Shown piece after piece: positions 11,277 through 22,016 of a stretch of 64,000 nt of DNA. Source of the DNA: Rebecca billardiae RCC1528 (taxonomy: Eukaryota > Protista > Haptophyta); assembly GCA_965240325.2 (NCBI GenBank), contig OZ251230.1:1426001-1490000 (forward strand), in the 5' to 3' direction. Both the position numbers and the translations under genes were made by a program. Positions within the stretch are counted from its first letter, which is position 1, and each line of letters begins with the position of its first letter. The notes beneath the pieces are model-generated. The model ran no database searches. It had not been told where the DNA came from and saw only the letters and a list, made by a program, of their open reading frames with translations.

Positions 11277-13088
11277 ATGGCGGCGCGCCGGATGCTGCGT
11301 GTTCTTAGCATCATCGCGCTCGCGGCGCACGGCCGCGCGAGGCGGTTCCCAATCATCCGCGTCATCGACAACATGCCCCTGTGCCCGTCTTCGCCAATCT
11401 CCATGGGCATGATGCGCCGCGCAGAGCGCAGTGTCAAGCCAACCATGAACATGTCACGCGACGTGTATCGAGAGACAATTTGCGCAGGAAGTCCGCACTT
11501 CGTCGGCGCGGATGTCGCGCCGCCCGACTACTGCATGCACCTCCCGGCGTCGAAGCAGCTGTCGAACGCATACCGTCGCACCGAGATCGACGGGTTTGGT
11601 GAGCATGGCGTCGTCTTTGACGAGCACTTGGCCGAGAGCGTAGCTCTCGCGCGCTGGACCCAGATCGCCAGGCAGAAGTCGTCGTTCTGCGCACGGCGGG
11701 CGAAAAAGAATGGCGCATGCTCGCCGCCAGACATTGTCGTCGCGCCCTCGCTGAGCGCTTTGTGCTTCCAGGCCGCCAAGAGCACCATGTTTGTCCTTGG
11801 TCTGTGCTGGGGCACGCCATTCCGTCGAGCGTACTGGGACGAGGTGCGCGCGCGCGCGTTCGACGGCTTCAGACGCCCCCCAGTGGTCGTCGTGCACGCA
11901 GACTGGCCGATGCAGATGAATTGTCACTCTGCCATCCTCAAGGCACTCGAGGATCAGCCGCTCGGTTTCGCCTCCAGGGTCGTCTTCGCGGGGATCGGCA
12001 TCAATCTGCGCCGTGACTGGTACCTGCCTCCCAGTGTCCCATTCTCGCCGCCCGGGGCGCACGCGTGGGCCAAGAAGCCTACAACGACCGTCGATGGGCT
12101 CGTGGAAGGGCTCACCGAGACGCCGCAGCCGTCCTGCACGCTCTGCTTCCGGCCGCCACGGGCACAGCCGGCCGCGCCGACGTGGCCGTTTGCCTTCGCC
12201 CACGCCGACCCTTCCCACGCGCACTGCGGCAGCTGCCTCAATGCATCGCGATGGCTGAGGGCAGGATGGTCCACCAGCCCGCTTCGCGAGCTCTCGCGTC
12301 GGCACATCGCGCTGGCCAGCGCCACTGCCCGTTCGCCGCGCGCAGCGCTGCTGCGCAGCGGCCCGCTGCTCGTGCCCATCCCATACACGGTTGCTATCGT
12401 CGCACCGGTGGCGTGGGGCAGTCCGTCCGGGCCGTTTGCCGCGCCCCCGCGGCCGATCGCTCTCTACTTGAACGCCGACACGGCCAAAGGGAACCGTTTG
12501 GGGCACGCCACCTCTCTGCGCGCCAGCCTACACGCATCCATGGCCGCCGCCGGTGCCCAGTGCAGCGGCGCAGACTGCATCCTGTGCGCGGCGGGGCACG
12601 AGTGCAGCTTGCTTCCTGGCACGTGGAACATGACGGTGCGCTCCGCGTTCTGCGCCGAGCCGGGGGGCGATACGCCGACGCGCTCGCACATTGCGCTCGC
12701 TCTGCTCAGCGGCTGCGTGCCGGTGATCTGGGACTTTGGCAGCCAGAAGTACAACGGCACCGCCTGGTGGCCGTGGCGTCGAGACCCCGAGGCCGTCGGC
12801 GAGCTCACCTCCGACAGAGCTGAGCGCCTGCTGCTCGACTACTCCCAATTCGCTGTGGTGCTTGACGCGCGGCAAGCGAACGAAACCAGCTCGTTGGGGT
12901 GGGCGCAATGGCTCGCGGCGGAGGCGGGAGGAACCTGGTGGCGCCAGCTGCAGCGCAATGGGCAGCGCGTGGCGCGTCTGTTCGCGTATCAGAAGCAGCC
13001 GTGCAAGCCGCCGACAGCGGATTGTGACGCCTTCGGACGGCTGTTCTCCATCGTACGCTCGCTGCTGATTTCGGATCAGCAAGCATGA
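11277..13088 (+). CDS. Exostosin-like glycosyltransferase (GT47), signal-anchored
   Basis: N-terminal hydrophobic segment; GT47 C-terminal signature SAFCAEPGGDTPTRSHIALALLSGCVPVIW; later LDYSQFAVVL. Confidence 0.75.
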   Translation: MAARRMLRVLSIIALAAHGRARRFPIIRVIDNMPLCPSSPISMGMMRRAERSVKPTMNMSRDVYRETICAGSPHFVGADVAPPDYCMHLPASKQLSNAYRRTEIDGFGEHGVVFDEHLAESVALARWTQIARQKSSFCARRAKKNGACSPPDIVVAPSLSALCFQAAKSTMFVLGLCWGTPFRRAYWDEVRARAFDGFRRPPVVVVHADWPMQMNCHSAILKALEDQPLGFASRVVFAGIGINLRRDWYLPPSVPFSPPGAHAWAKKPTTTVDGLVEGLTETPQPSCTLCFRPPRAQPAAPTWPFAFAHADPSHAHCGSCLNASRWLRAGWSTSPLRELSRRHIALASATARSPRAALLRSGPLLVPIPYTVAIVAPVAWGSPSGPFAAPPRPIALYLNADTAKGNRLGHATSLRASLHASMAAAGAQCSGADCILCAAGHECSLLPGTWNMTVRSAFCAEPGGDTPTRSHIALALLSGCVPVIWDFGSQKYNGTAWWPWRRDPEAVGELTSDRAERLLLDYSQFAVVLDARQANETSSLGWAQWLAAEAGGTWWRQLQRNGQRVARLFAYQKQPCKPPTADCDAFGRLFSIVRSLLISDQQA

Positions 13089-13230
13089 GCGAGGCGGTGA
13101 TAAGCCCCTGCCACCGGTTGTGCGCATGAGCCCTGTAGTTAGCCGTTCAATGAGCCCAGATCCGGCAGTTTGGCGCGGCGTAGCTTTATTCGGGACTTGG
13201 TGCGTTAAACGGCGTCGTGGACAATTACAG

Positions 13231-13234
<4 letters not shown>

Positions 13235-13317
<83 letters not shown>
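13235..13317. repeat. Compound (AT)n(TAA)n microsatellite
   Basis: Directly visible; abuts the end of element A. A further (TAA)n run lies at 19293-19310, at the other end of the element. Confidence 0.95.
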
Positions 13318-13320
<3 letters not shown>

Positions 13321-14033
13321 CCGCGTTCCGCGGTCCTTTTCCGTAGAACGAACGTAGTTCGGGGCCCGCGGTGGCGGTGCACCCTCCGTCGCAGTCGTCC
13401 CGTACGTAACTAGACTCCATCCAGCGGCGCGCCGCCCAGCGCCGCGCCGCCGCCGGCCCGGCCGGCCGGCCGGGCGCGGGCGCGTCGGCGGCTGGCGTGC
13501 GCCGAGTGTGGATGTCGGTCGTCGGCCGAGCTGCCCTCATCACAGACGGCCCTTACCTGACCCCCTGCGCGTGCGCGACGGCCGACAGGCGGATGCGACT
13601 CGGCGTGATCGACGCACGAGCGCGACTCTTGCACGCCAGGAGATGAAGTGCTATCTGGTACCCAAACGGGGTGCAATCCAGTTCCAGGGCGTTTTCGCGC
13701 CCAACGAGGTGCGAACTGGTAGCCTGCTCAACAACGAACCACAATTGACCAGACAAGGTGTCAGAAGGTCACCCAAGCAGAGGAATCCAACGAATGTCCT
13801 GCAATACTGTCATTCACAGCTCCCACGCCGAAGCGTTGCCCAGCCGAAGACTAGTTTGAGGGCCCCCGTAGGAGCGCAACCCAAGCTTCACGCGCCAAGA
13901 TGCCCCAGGCAGTTGAGCTACCCACACCGACTCACTTTGTAGCTACCCAGCCACGACAACGGACAACCCACACTCCACAGCGTGTCGGGTCGCGGGCGGG
14001 ACCGGTTGGCGCGAGCGCGAGCGGATGTAGGGC

Positions 14034-14323
14034 ATGGAGGGTGCAGCCCCGGGCGAGGGGGCTGCCCTTCACGACTCGACGAACGCCAACGGCATGCTCG
14101 GCGCTGGAGCGGATTGCCCCCCTCATCCCCTTCCTGATCGTACTGCCGCGGCCGGTGGACACGATGCCAAGGAGGACGACGACGTCGAGGACGAGGAGGA
14201 TGAGCCCCTTGTCAACCTGGAGGAGTCGAGCGACGACGAGTTTGGGGAGGAGGAGGGGGAGGGAGGGGCCGACGAGGGGACTGGCGATGGTGGGCCGCCG
14301 CCGCCGCCGCGCGCCGGCAGCGG
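14034..14323 (+). pseudogene. Captured gene fragment (acidic N-terminal exon) inside the MULE-like element
   Basis: ATG-started acidic peptide (KEDDDVEDEEDEPLVNLEESSDDEFGEEEGE) ending at a donor-like GTGAG; no coherent downstream exons recognised. Confidence 0.35.
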
Positions 14324-14899
14324 TGAGTCTCCTCGGGCGAAGGCGACGAGGAGGGCGGCGGCGCTGGGGGTGCACGCGAGCTCGCCCGCGCGTTGTGTGC
14401 GCAGCCACGCTGCGCGCAGAGCAGCCACAGCGCCGCGCCCGCCCACTGCGCGAGAAGCCGCTGCGCCGCGCGCGGTGGCGGCGGCGGCGCCTCCGCGCCG
14501 CGCGCCGCCGCCGCCCGCCTCGGCTGCGGCCGCGGCGCGCGCACGGCTTGCGGCTTGCGGCTTGCGGCGGCGCGGGCAGCTGCGGTGCGGCGAGCGCGCA
14601 CAGCGCGCCCTCGAGCGAGCCCCATAGACGCGCGAGCGCACCCGCGCGGCCGAGCGCACCCGCGTACGTTGGGTCGCGCGCCAGCGCCCACACGGCCACG
14701 GCCGCGTGCGCCGCCGTCCGCCACGAGGGCGCGGTGCAGAGGTGCGCCTATTTTGGAGGCGCGCGCCGTCGAGGCGCGCACGGGGCGGGCAGGAGGGCGG
14801 GTGGGGGCAGGGGGAGCGGCGGCGGCGGCGGCGGCGCGTTACGCGAGCCGCGGCGCACGCCCGCGCTGATCTTGAATCTCGACGGTGGCGGTAGGGCGG

Positions 14900-16452
14900 C
14901 CGCGGCGGCCGCGTGCGCGCGGCGCTCGCACGCGGCCGTGGCGCGGCGCGCGCGTCTACCGACTGCAGCGCGGCCTCTGCGACGGCGGCACGGTGCTGCG
15001 GGGGCGGCGGCGGCGCGACGGCGTCGGCGGTGGCGCGCTCGCGCAGCCTCTGACGCGCGCACGCGCAGTGCCACTGCGTGTGCAGCAGCGCGCCGCTCAG
15101 CTGCCGCCGCTCCGCGCCGCCGCCGCGGTGCGCGCGGCGCGCGCCCGCCTCGGTCGGACGCGCCCGCGCCCGCCGCGCCGTCGCCGGCTGCTGCGTCGTC
15201 GGCGATGGCGGCGGGTCGAGTGCGGAGAGGAGGTGGACGAGCCAGTGCAGCCCGGACTGCGTGACGTCCGCGTCCGCCTCCGCCACCGCCACCGCCTCCG
15301 CCACAGCCTTCGCCCGCCCCGCCCCCCAGCGCCGGTCTCACCACCCAGGCGGCGCCCCGGGGCCGGCGCGCGCTGCGCCGCCCGCGCGCGCCGCCTCGAG
15401 CGACCAGCCGCCGCCGTCGCCGCCGTCGTCGGCGGCGATCGCGGCGGTGAGCGGCGAGGGCGGCAGCCCGTCGGGCGGCGGCGGCGGCGCGCCACCGCCC
15501 TCCGCGCCGCCCTTCGACGCCGAACTCTCACGCCGCTGCCTCCGACCCGCCCCGCCGCGCCGCGCGGGCGAGCGCTCGCGGATGACAAACCCTGGCTGGG
15601 CGGCGGCGTGGGCGGCGAGGCGACGCTCCCTCCGCCGCCGACGGAGGAGGTGACGGAGGGCGTGCGCGCGAGGTCGGCGGCAGTGTGCGCGGCGGCGCTG
15701 GGCGAGTGCGCCAGCCAGCCGCTCGGGCATCACGTGCCCCGCCGCCCAGGCTCCCGCGCTCGATCGGCCGCGCGCCACGCCGCCGCGCGGTGCGAGCGCA
15801 GACAGAGGCCTGTTGACCGGTAGGTCAGATTAGCGATGCAGCCTGCGGAGAGGGTGGCGCACGCGTCGGACTCGGCAGGGTCGAGCGCGCAGTGCGCGAT
15901 CACCTCGAGCAGCAGCTGCGCCACCTCGTACGCGCGCAGCGTCGGCGCGTCCGGCCGCATCACCTGGCACTGCCCACATGGCCCACAGCGAGCACAGCAG
16001 CACACTGCCAGCGTAGATACGCCGTTGGCGCGCGGCGCGGCGGCGGCGGCCGAACCGGCGGCGGCGGCGCGCGGGCGGCCGCCGCCAGCGAAGGTGAGGA
16101 CGGACATGCCGTCCGGCGCGCCTCCCTCGTCCGCGCCGCCACCACCGCCCTCGCTCCTTTCAGCCGCCGCCCCCGCCGCCTCCGCCTCCGCCTCCGCCGC
16201 GCATGCCGCCGCGCCTGCGCGCGCCGCTCGCGCGTGCGCAGCAATGCCAATGGACGCCACAATGCCCTGCACCAGCGGCTCGAGCTCGAGCTGGCGGAGC
16301 GCGTCGAGGCCCTGGTTGGTGACGAAGGGCGAGGCGGCCGAACCGCCGAGCGCCGCGCTCACCTGCGGTGACGCGCTACGCAACACCGCGGCCGCCCGGC
16401 CGCGCGAAAAAAATCGGGTTGCGCCATCCGGGCCAAGCGGAAGCATTGTCAA
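14900..16452 (-). pseudogene. Captured helical-protein gene fragment(s) inside the MULE-like element
   Basis: Protein-like segments (VTNQGLDALRQLELEPLVQGIVASIG; AYEVAQLLLEVIAHCALDPAESDACATLSAGCIANL; VTQSGLHWLVHLLSALD) spread over different frames and separated by stops or intron-like tracts; boundaries approximate. Confidence 0.4.
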
Positions 16453-16472
16453 AGGGCCGCCCGGGTCAGGTC

Positions 16473-17505
16473 TCGCCGATCCAGCGGAGTCCGGCGCCGG
16501 AGCTTTTCCATGGCAGATTTTTGGAGCGGAGCGGCCGCGCGGGGCCGCTCGGGGCGTGCACGGCGTGGGCTCGTGCGGCCGCTGCTGCGCACGCCGAGCG
16601 ATCTGGCGCGGTCTCGCGGCTTGTTGATGGCCTCGCGCGCCGCAGCGCCCCGCGCGCCTTGCCTAGCTTCACCTGTCTCGCGCCTCGGCCGCCATGCACG
16701 CATGCGCCGCCAAACCGCAAGCTCGGCGTGCCTCTCAGCCGAGCGTGCACGTGCCTTGCGCGACGCGACGCGGGCATTGCCGCCGGGCGATGTAGGCGTA
16801 GTGTGAACGCGCGCCGTGAAGCCTCGGCGCGGATCGAGAGTGTCTTCAACGTCTCGGTCAGCTGTCGACAACTGCTGACGGCACCAACCACCAATGGACA
16901 TCACTGGCCTCCTTTGAACGAAGGGCTATCGCGACGTTGCAACTCGTGAAGACTAGTCGAGCGTTGTAGCCATGAAGACATACGCCATTATGACGCGCGT
17001 GCAGGCCTTGCGTGACGATGCGGCGTGACAATCGCCCCGGCAAGAGAGTCAGTCGTCAAGCTTTCAGCACTGCTCAACGCACAGACTGTCCACGCGCGCA
17101 CGCGGCATCATTTCATTGCTCTCGATCCGTGCAGAGGCTTCACGGCGCACGCTCACACTACGCGTACATCGCCCGGCGGCAATGCCCGCGTCGCGTCGCG
17201 CAAGGCACGTGCGCGCTCGGCTGAGAGGTATGCCGAGCTTGCGGTTTGGCGGAGCATGCGTGCACGGCAGCCGATGCGCGAGAACGGCGAAGCCAGGCAA
17301 GGCACGCGGCGCGCTGCGGCGCGCGAGGCCATCAACAAGCCGCGAGACCGCGCCAGATCGCCCGGCGTGCGCAGCAGCGGCCGCACGAGCCCACGCCGTG
17401 CACGCCCCGAGCGGCCCGCCACAGTGGCGGCGGCCCCGCGCGGCCGCTCCGCTCCAAAAATCTGCCATGGAAAAGCTCCGGCGCCGGACTCCGCTGGATC
17501 GGCGA
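16473..17505. repeat. Foldback inverted repeat (arms about 370-390 bp, spacer about 280 bp)
   Basis: 16473-16840 is the reverse complement of 17119-17505 with scattered substitutions and a ~20-bp insertion in the right arm. Confidence 0.9.
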
Positions 17506-19836
17506 CCCTGAGCAACCACCCTTGGCACAAGGGCCCTTGCTGGTGAGCAGGGCATGTGTGTATCTTCAAATCTGGGAACCAGCGCGCACGACAGTATCTG
17601 GGTAGACCGAAATGTTCGCCCGAAGGTATCGCGAAACTGTGGGTTCATGAATGAAGGTTCGGTTGGGTAGTCGATTTTCGACGCGTGGCCCAGGAACCCA
17701 GCGCTTTTGGTTTGTTGCCAACCATTCGAGGCTCCGTCGTGGGGTGTGAGTTACAAAAGAGGGTTTGGGTTCCTCAAGTGCACCATTTTGAGTGGCCTTC
17801 TGCGCTGGGTCACCAATTGCACGTTTTGGGGTGCAAAAGAGCCCGGGAACTAAAGAGCACCCCGTTTGGGTACCAGATAGCACTCCATCTGCACGCCAGG
17901 CCACCGGCGGAGCTGACTGACAGCCAGGGAGCCGACGGCGCGGGACCGCGGATTCGATCGACTTCGTTCGGGCCTGCCGCTGACCGTCGTCGCCGCGACG
18001 CCAGCAGCGCAGGAGTAGATGATCTGCAGGTCAGTAGGGTTCGACCTGCGCGCCTGCGCGACGGCCGACAGGCGGGCGCGAGGCGTGAGCGACGCATGAG
18101 CGCGACTCTACGTGCACACCAGGCCCACGCGGCCGAGACTGACTGACCGAGCCAGGGTAAGCACGGTGCGAGCAGCCATGCAGCACCGGTGCTTGCGCGC
18201 GCCGCGCGTGCACGGGGTGACACACCTCGGTCAGGCTCGGCACGCGTCGCAGAGGCACGGCCAGCTCTGGGCACGCCAGGCGCCCAGGCCACGCGGAGCT
18301 GACAGCCACGGGGATCCGACGGCGCGGGGCCGCGGCCAGTTCGACTTGCGCCTGCTCTGAAGAAGAGTTCTGGGAGACCCTGGCGGAGAGGCATGGCAAG
18401 GGGGGCGTGTGGTGATGTCGGAGACTCAGAGATCGATCAGTCCGGCATCATGCGCCGCTGCCCCCGAGCTTGCGAGAGCCCGAACACAGGGCGGCGGCTG
18501 CGGCGGCGCGGCTCGCGGCCGCGCGGCCGGCCGCGCAGGCATCGACAGGGCGCGGCAGGGGCGTGCGGAGTGACTAGTGAGCGGGCACGAACGCGATGTC
18601 GACGGCCGTCGGGACCCGCCGCAGACGCGCGCTCCAGGCGCCACTCGGCACTCGCCACGCGCACCTGCCCATCGAGCGCCCCCCTTGGACCGTTGACGAG
18701 AGTCGTCGCGGCTCGCTCGCCACCCCCGAAGAAAACCTGCACACGTCCTTGGGCAGGTTTTGAGCTCGCCAGCTCGGTAAGTCAGTGACTATGGAATGGG
18801 CTGGCAACGAATAGCTGCGCGGGTATTTTCAATAAGGCTTGCGGGTTTTAGACTCTAGATACCAACCGCCGCGAAGCCAAGCCCAAGTTCGTATTCATAA
18901 AGGCGGAGGCAAACTATGATACATGGATACGAAGCGCTGTAAATGTTCTCCAGCGTGAATAACTATAATACGACCGCCCCGTGATGAAGATTTTGCCGCT
19001 AACGATGTGATGTAAAAATAGCCTCAAAGAAGCTGACGCTTGTATTGGACTTGTAACCGTCCTACTTCACACTCACGCCCGGCCGTCCACGATTGATTCG
19101 GGGAATAGTGTGGGCGCGGTTTTTTCTCCGTAATGCATGTGTAGAGAGGGTCTCAAAAATCGAAACTCGGTCTCCGCCAGCCCTAAAAATCGCCCCCCGT
19201 CCCTTTTTTCTTGATCAAAGATCTTTTTGAAACGTGGTTCGGGCCCGCTGGTGCGGGCTCCACGCTGCGCGCTCCGCCTGCACCGCGGGCCATAATAATA
19301 ATAATAATAATCTAGCAATAACTGCTGGTTATAAGAGTCGCAGAAATAAGCGGGACTGAGTAGCGGGGGCGCAGCCCTCTGCACTGCTCGGCGAATATAA
19401 CGCGTCTGCTGACTAAGATGCGGAGCGCGTCGCAGGCGCAATACTACGGCGTCGAGACGCGGAGACGGTCGAGGCTACGGAGTAACGGACCCGTCACAGG
19501 CCGGGGCGGTCGATCGAGATTCGAGTCGTCAGCCCCGCCCTCCACCGCGCAATCTCCAGCCCTGTCCGGACGACTACCCCCGGTGACACCCGCGATGACG
19601 ACGATGTCATCAGCAATTCCGCCGCCGGCCGATCTGATGCGGAGAGTCAGAGTCTAGTGTGAGTTCTGTCTGCTGTCAGTGTCACTGCACAGTTAGTTAT
19701 TTTAAAATGTAGGTCACTGATGTCTGCCTACGTCAATCAATGATATGATGACTCGATTGCGACTAGCTATATGCCGCCTGAATCTGAGTCAGATTGCCTC
19801 ATCAGCCGGATGCCCTGAATACTGATGACGATGTAA

Positions 19837-21137
19837 TGGCCCGCGGTGCAGGGCGGAGCGCGTAGCGTGGAGCCCGCAGTGCGGGCCCGAACCACGTTTC
19901 AAAAAGATCTTTGATCAAAGAAAAAAGGGCCCGGGGCCGGGGCGATTTTCAGGGAGGTGGAGACCGAGTTTCGATTTTTTGAGACCGCAATAGAGACGTT
20001 CATTCGGCGAGAAAAGACCGCGCCCACGATATTCCCTAAGTAAAGTGCGATCTGCGTGTGAGCCGGACGTGACTTTAACGTAACGGTTCGTTACGAGCGA
20101 ATCGTATTCGTCGTCCCGGATCGCGTGACGTCCGGACTGGCCACATCCGGATCGGAGGTGACGTGCCCGGCGCACGATGGCAGATGGGACCAACCCCTGG
20201 CTGCGAGCGCGCCTGCACGTGCCTCCGGACCCGCCTCCCGCTTGCTGCTCACGCAGTCAGCTGCGACCGTGGCGCATGATCGCAGAAGCAGTGCCGGCAG
20301 TACGGCCTGCATCAGCTAGTGCCGCGCCGTCGTGGCGCGCGCGGTAGTTGCGTTATCGTTTGCAGCCGGCTGGCGGCGACGCGGCACGCGCGTGCGGCTC
20401 AGGTGTGTCATAAAATGCGGTCTCGTCGGCGCGCTTTCGCCTGCCACCTCGTGCACCCGTGCCGCCAGCTTCATCGTCTTCATGAGGACTGCTGCTGCTG
20501 TCGCCATCCGCTCTCCATCACCCCGAGTCGCGCGGCGCGCGCGGTAGGTAGCAGGGCGTACGGTCACTCCCCCGTGCAACGGCCCCGAACGGGTCAAGTG
20601 GCCAGAGTACGTCTGGTCGTCATTGGCTGGCACGGGCCGCAGCGCTAAAGCACCCTGCTGTCACACCCGACTCCTTCAGTACTCCGAGCTCCGCGGCACG
20701 ACTCACTCGGCACGATCGCGGACGCGGGTCGGATCCGAGCTGATCAGCCAGAGTTGGACAGTTTGGCAGCTAGTAAAAGTTGTCAGACGGACGTCCGATG
20801 CCGATGGCACGATCGCGGACGGGTCGGATCCGAGCTGATCAGCCAGTTGGACATTTGGCATCAGCTAGTTGTCAGACGGACGTCCGATTTGACGGGTGCC
20901 GGGTGCGGTCTCAGGTCCGCTGCTGTGATTGTGTGACGAAGTGTGAATGAGTCTCGCGGGATCGCAGGCAGGGCGACGGTCGGACTAATAGTTAGACTGT
21001 ACTCAATTCAGTCATCTCAGAACCGACTTCAACTGGCGAACTGCCACTAATACTCGGCAGAGAGCCGCGATTGCACGGCCACCGCGGGCCCCCAACTGCG
21101 TTGATTCTATGCAGAAAAGGACCGCGGAACGCGGTCA
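19837..21137 (+). mobile_element. Non-autonomous element B (1.3 kb), same family as element A, with Helitron2/Helentron-like ends
   Basis: 5' T followed by GGCCCGCGGTG (19838-19848); its complement CACCGCGGGCC at 21080-21090 lies 29 nt before the terminal hairpin GACCGCG-GAA-CGCGGTC (21120-21136); inserted in A/T context with no clear TSD. Confidence 0.7.
20709..20888. repeat. Tandem duplication (~85-90 bp x2) inside element B
   Basis: ggcacgatcgcggac...tgtcagacggacgtccgat at 20709-20799 and 20806-20888; the copies differ mainly by short indels. Confidence 0.9.
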
Positions 21138-22016
21138 TATCCCTGACGATATCACTACGCGATATATTTTAAATATGCACACACATATATATACGCGCAA
21201 TAACGGCATATATATATATATATATCAGTGCCGTTACAGTCGCCATATTTAATAACGAACATTTAATTATGAAATTGCGCCCTCATATATATATATGTAT
21301 ATATATATTCGAAACTTCATCGGATCATACGATGACGCCGACTCTCACTCTGAAATCTGTGATTGTAAAAAATCACAATCTGTGCATCTGTCAAGTGCCC
21401 GGATGGCGGATGACTATGACTATGATGATATCAGTGTAACTGAAATTCGCCACCGTTGTCACCGTGTGACACAGGCTTCTCAAGAATACACTAGGTCTAG
21501 CTCAATAACTTAAGTTGTCATTAATGTCGGCTAAGCAGCTAAGCTCAGACGATCTGATTCTGAGCAATCTGAGCTCGTGACCGCCCATCATACTTCATAG
21601 TGTATCAATATATCATATCGCATCGATCATCCTGAATAATAGTGAATTATTCGACTCCTCGTTGAATATATATATATATTTAATAATTATGTATATATAT
21701 TGTGATGGGGACAGAAGGTGCTGGACGAGCAGGGCATGCCGGCAAGCCGGCATGCCGGCATGGCAATACTTGCCTTATTGGCATGGCACCGCCCGACGCC
21801 GCCCCGGCCCGCCACAGTGTCGCATATGCGCCGATTACGGATTAGGCGTTCGGCCCGTGGTTCATCACTGGTTCCGCCGAGTGCCTCCCTGTGCGTGCAG
21901 GGGTCCGAGGCTTCGGACACGGCAGTGCCACGCACTGCGCCGAATGGAGAGCGTGCGTCGAGCGAGACCCGTCGCCCATCACGCGAGCACGCGCAGTCTG
22001 TGCCACTCCGGGCTGC

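Larger units (their letters stand above)
13641..17890. mobile_element. TIR DNA transposon, Mutator/Pack-MULE-like, non-autonomous, with 10-bp TSD
   Basis: TIR AGATG(A/G)AGTGCTATCTGGTACCCAAACGGGGTGC (33/34 match, degenerate similarity continuing to about 90 bp); perfect direct repeat GCACGCCAGG at 13631-13640 and 17891-17900; no transposase ORF recognised. Confidence 0.85.
13318..19292 (-). mobile_element. Non-autonomous element A with Helitron2/Helentron-like asymmetric ends (contains a nested TIR element)
   Basis: Both ends match element B in opposite orientation (13318-13381 vs 21072-21137; about 19100-19292 vs 19837-20036). Terminal hairpin GACCGCG-TTC-CGCGGTC at 13319-13335; 11-bp asymmetric inverted repeat GGCCCGCGGTG at 13363-13373 and 19281-19291; flanked on both sides by (TAA)n. 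Confidence 0.7.

Noticed and set aside
13205-13543. ORF with poly-Ile/Tyr-Ile tract
   Set aside because: Translation of the (AT)n(TAA)n microsatellite.
13318-21137. A single 7.8-kb transposon bounded by ~64-bp TIRs
   Set aside because: The inner inverted pair (19100-19292 / 19837-20036), the asymmetric 11-bp repeats and the (TAA)n flanks on both sides of 13318-19292 are better explained by two oppositely oriented copies of one family; there is no TSD for the large version.
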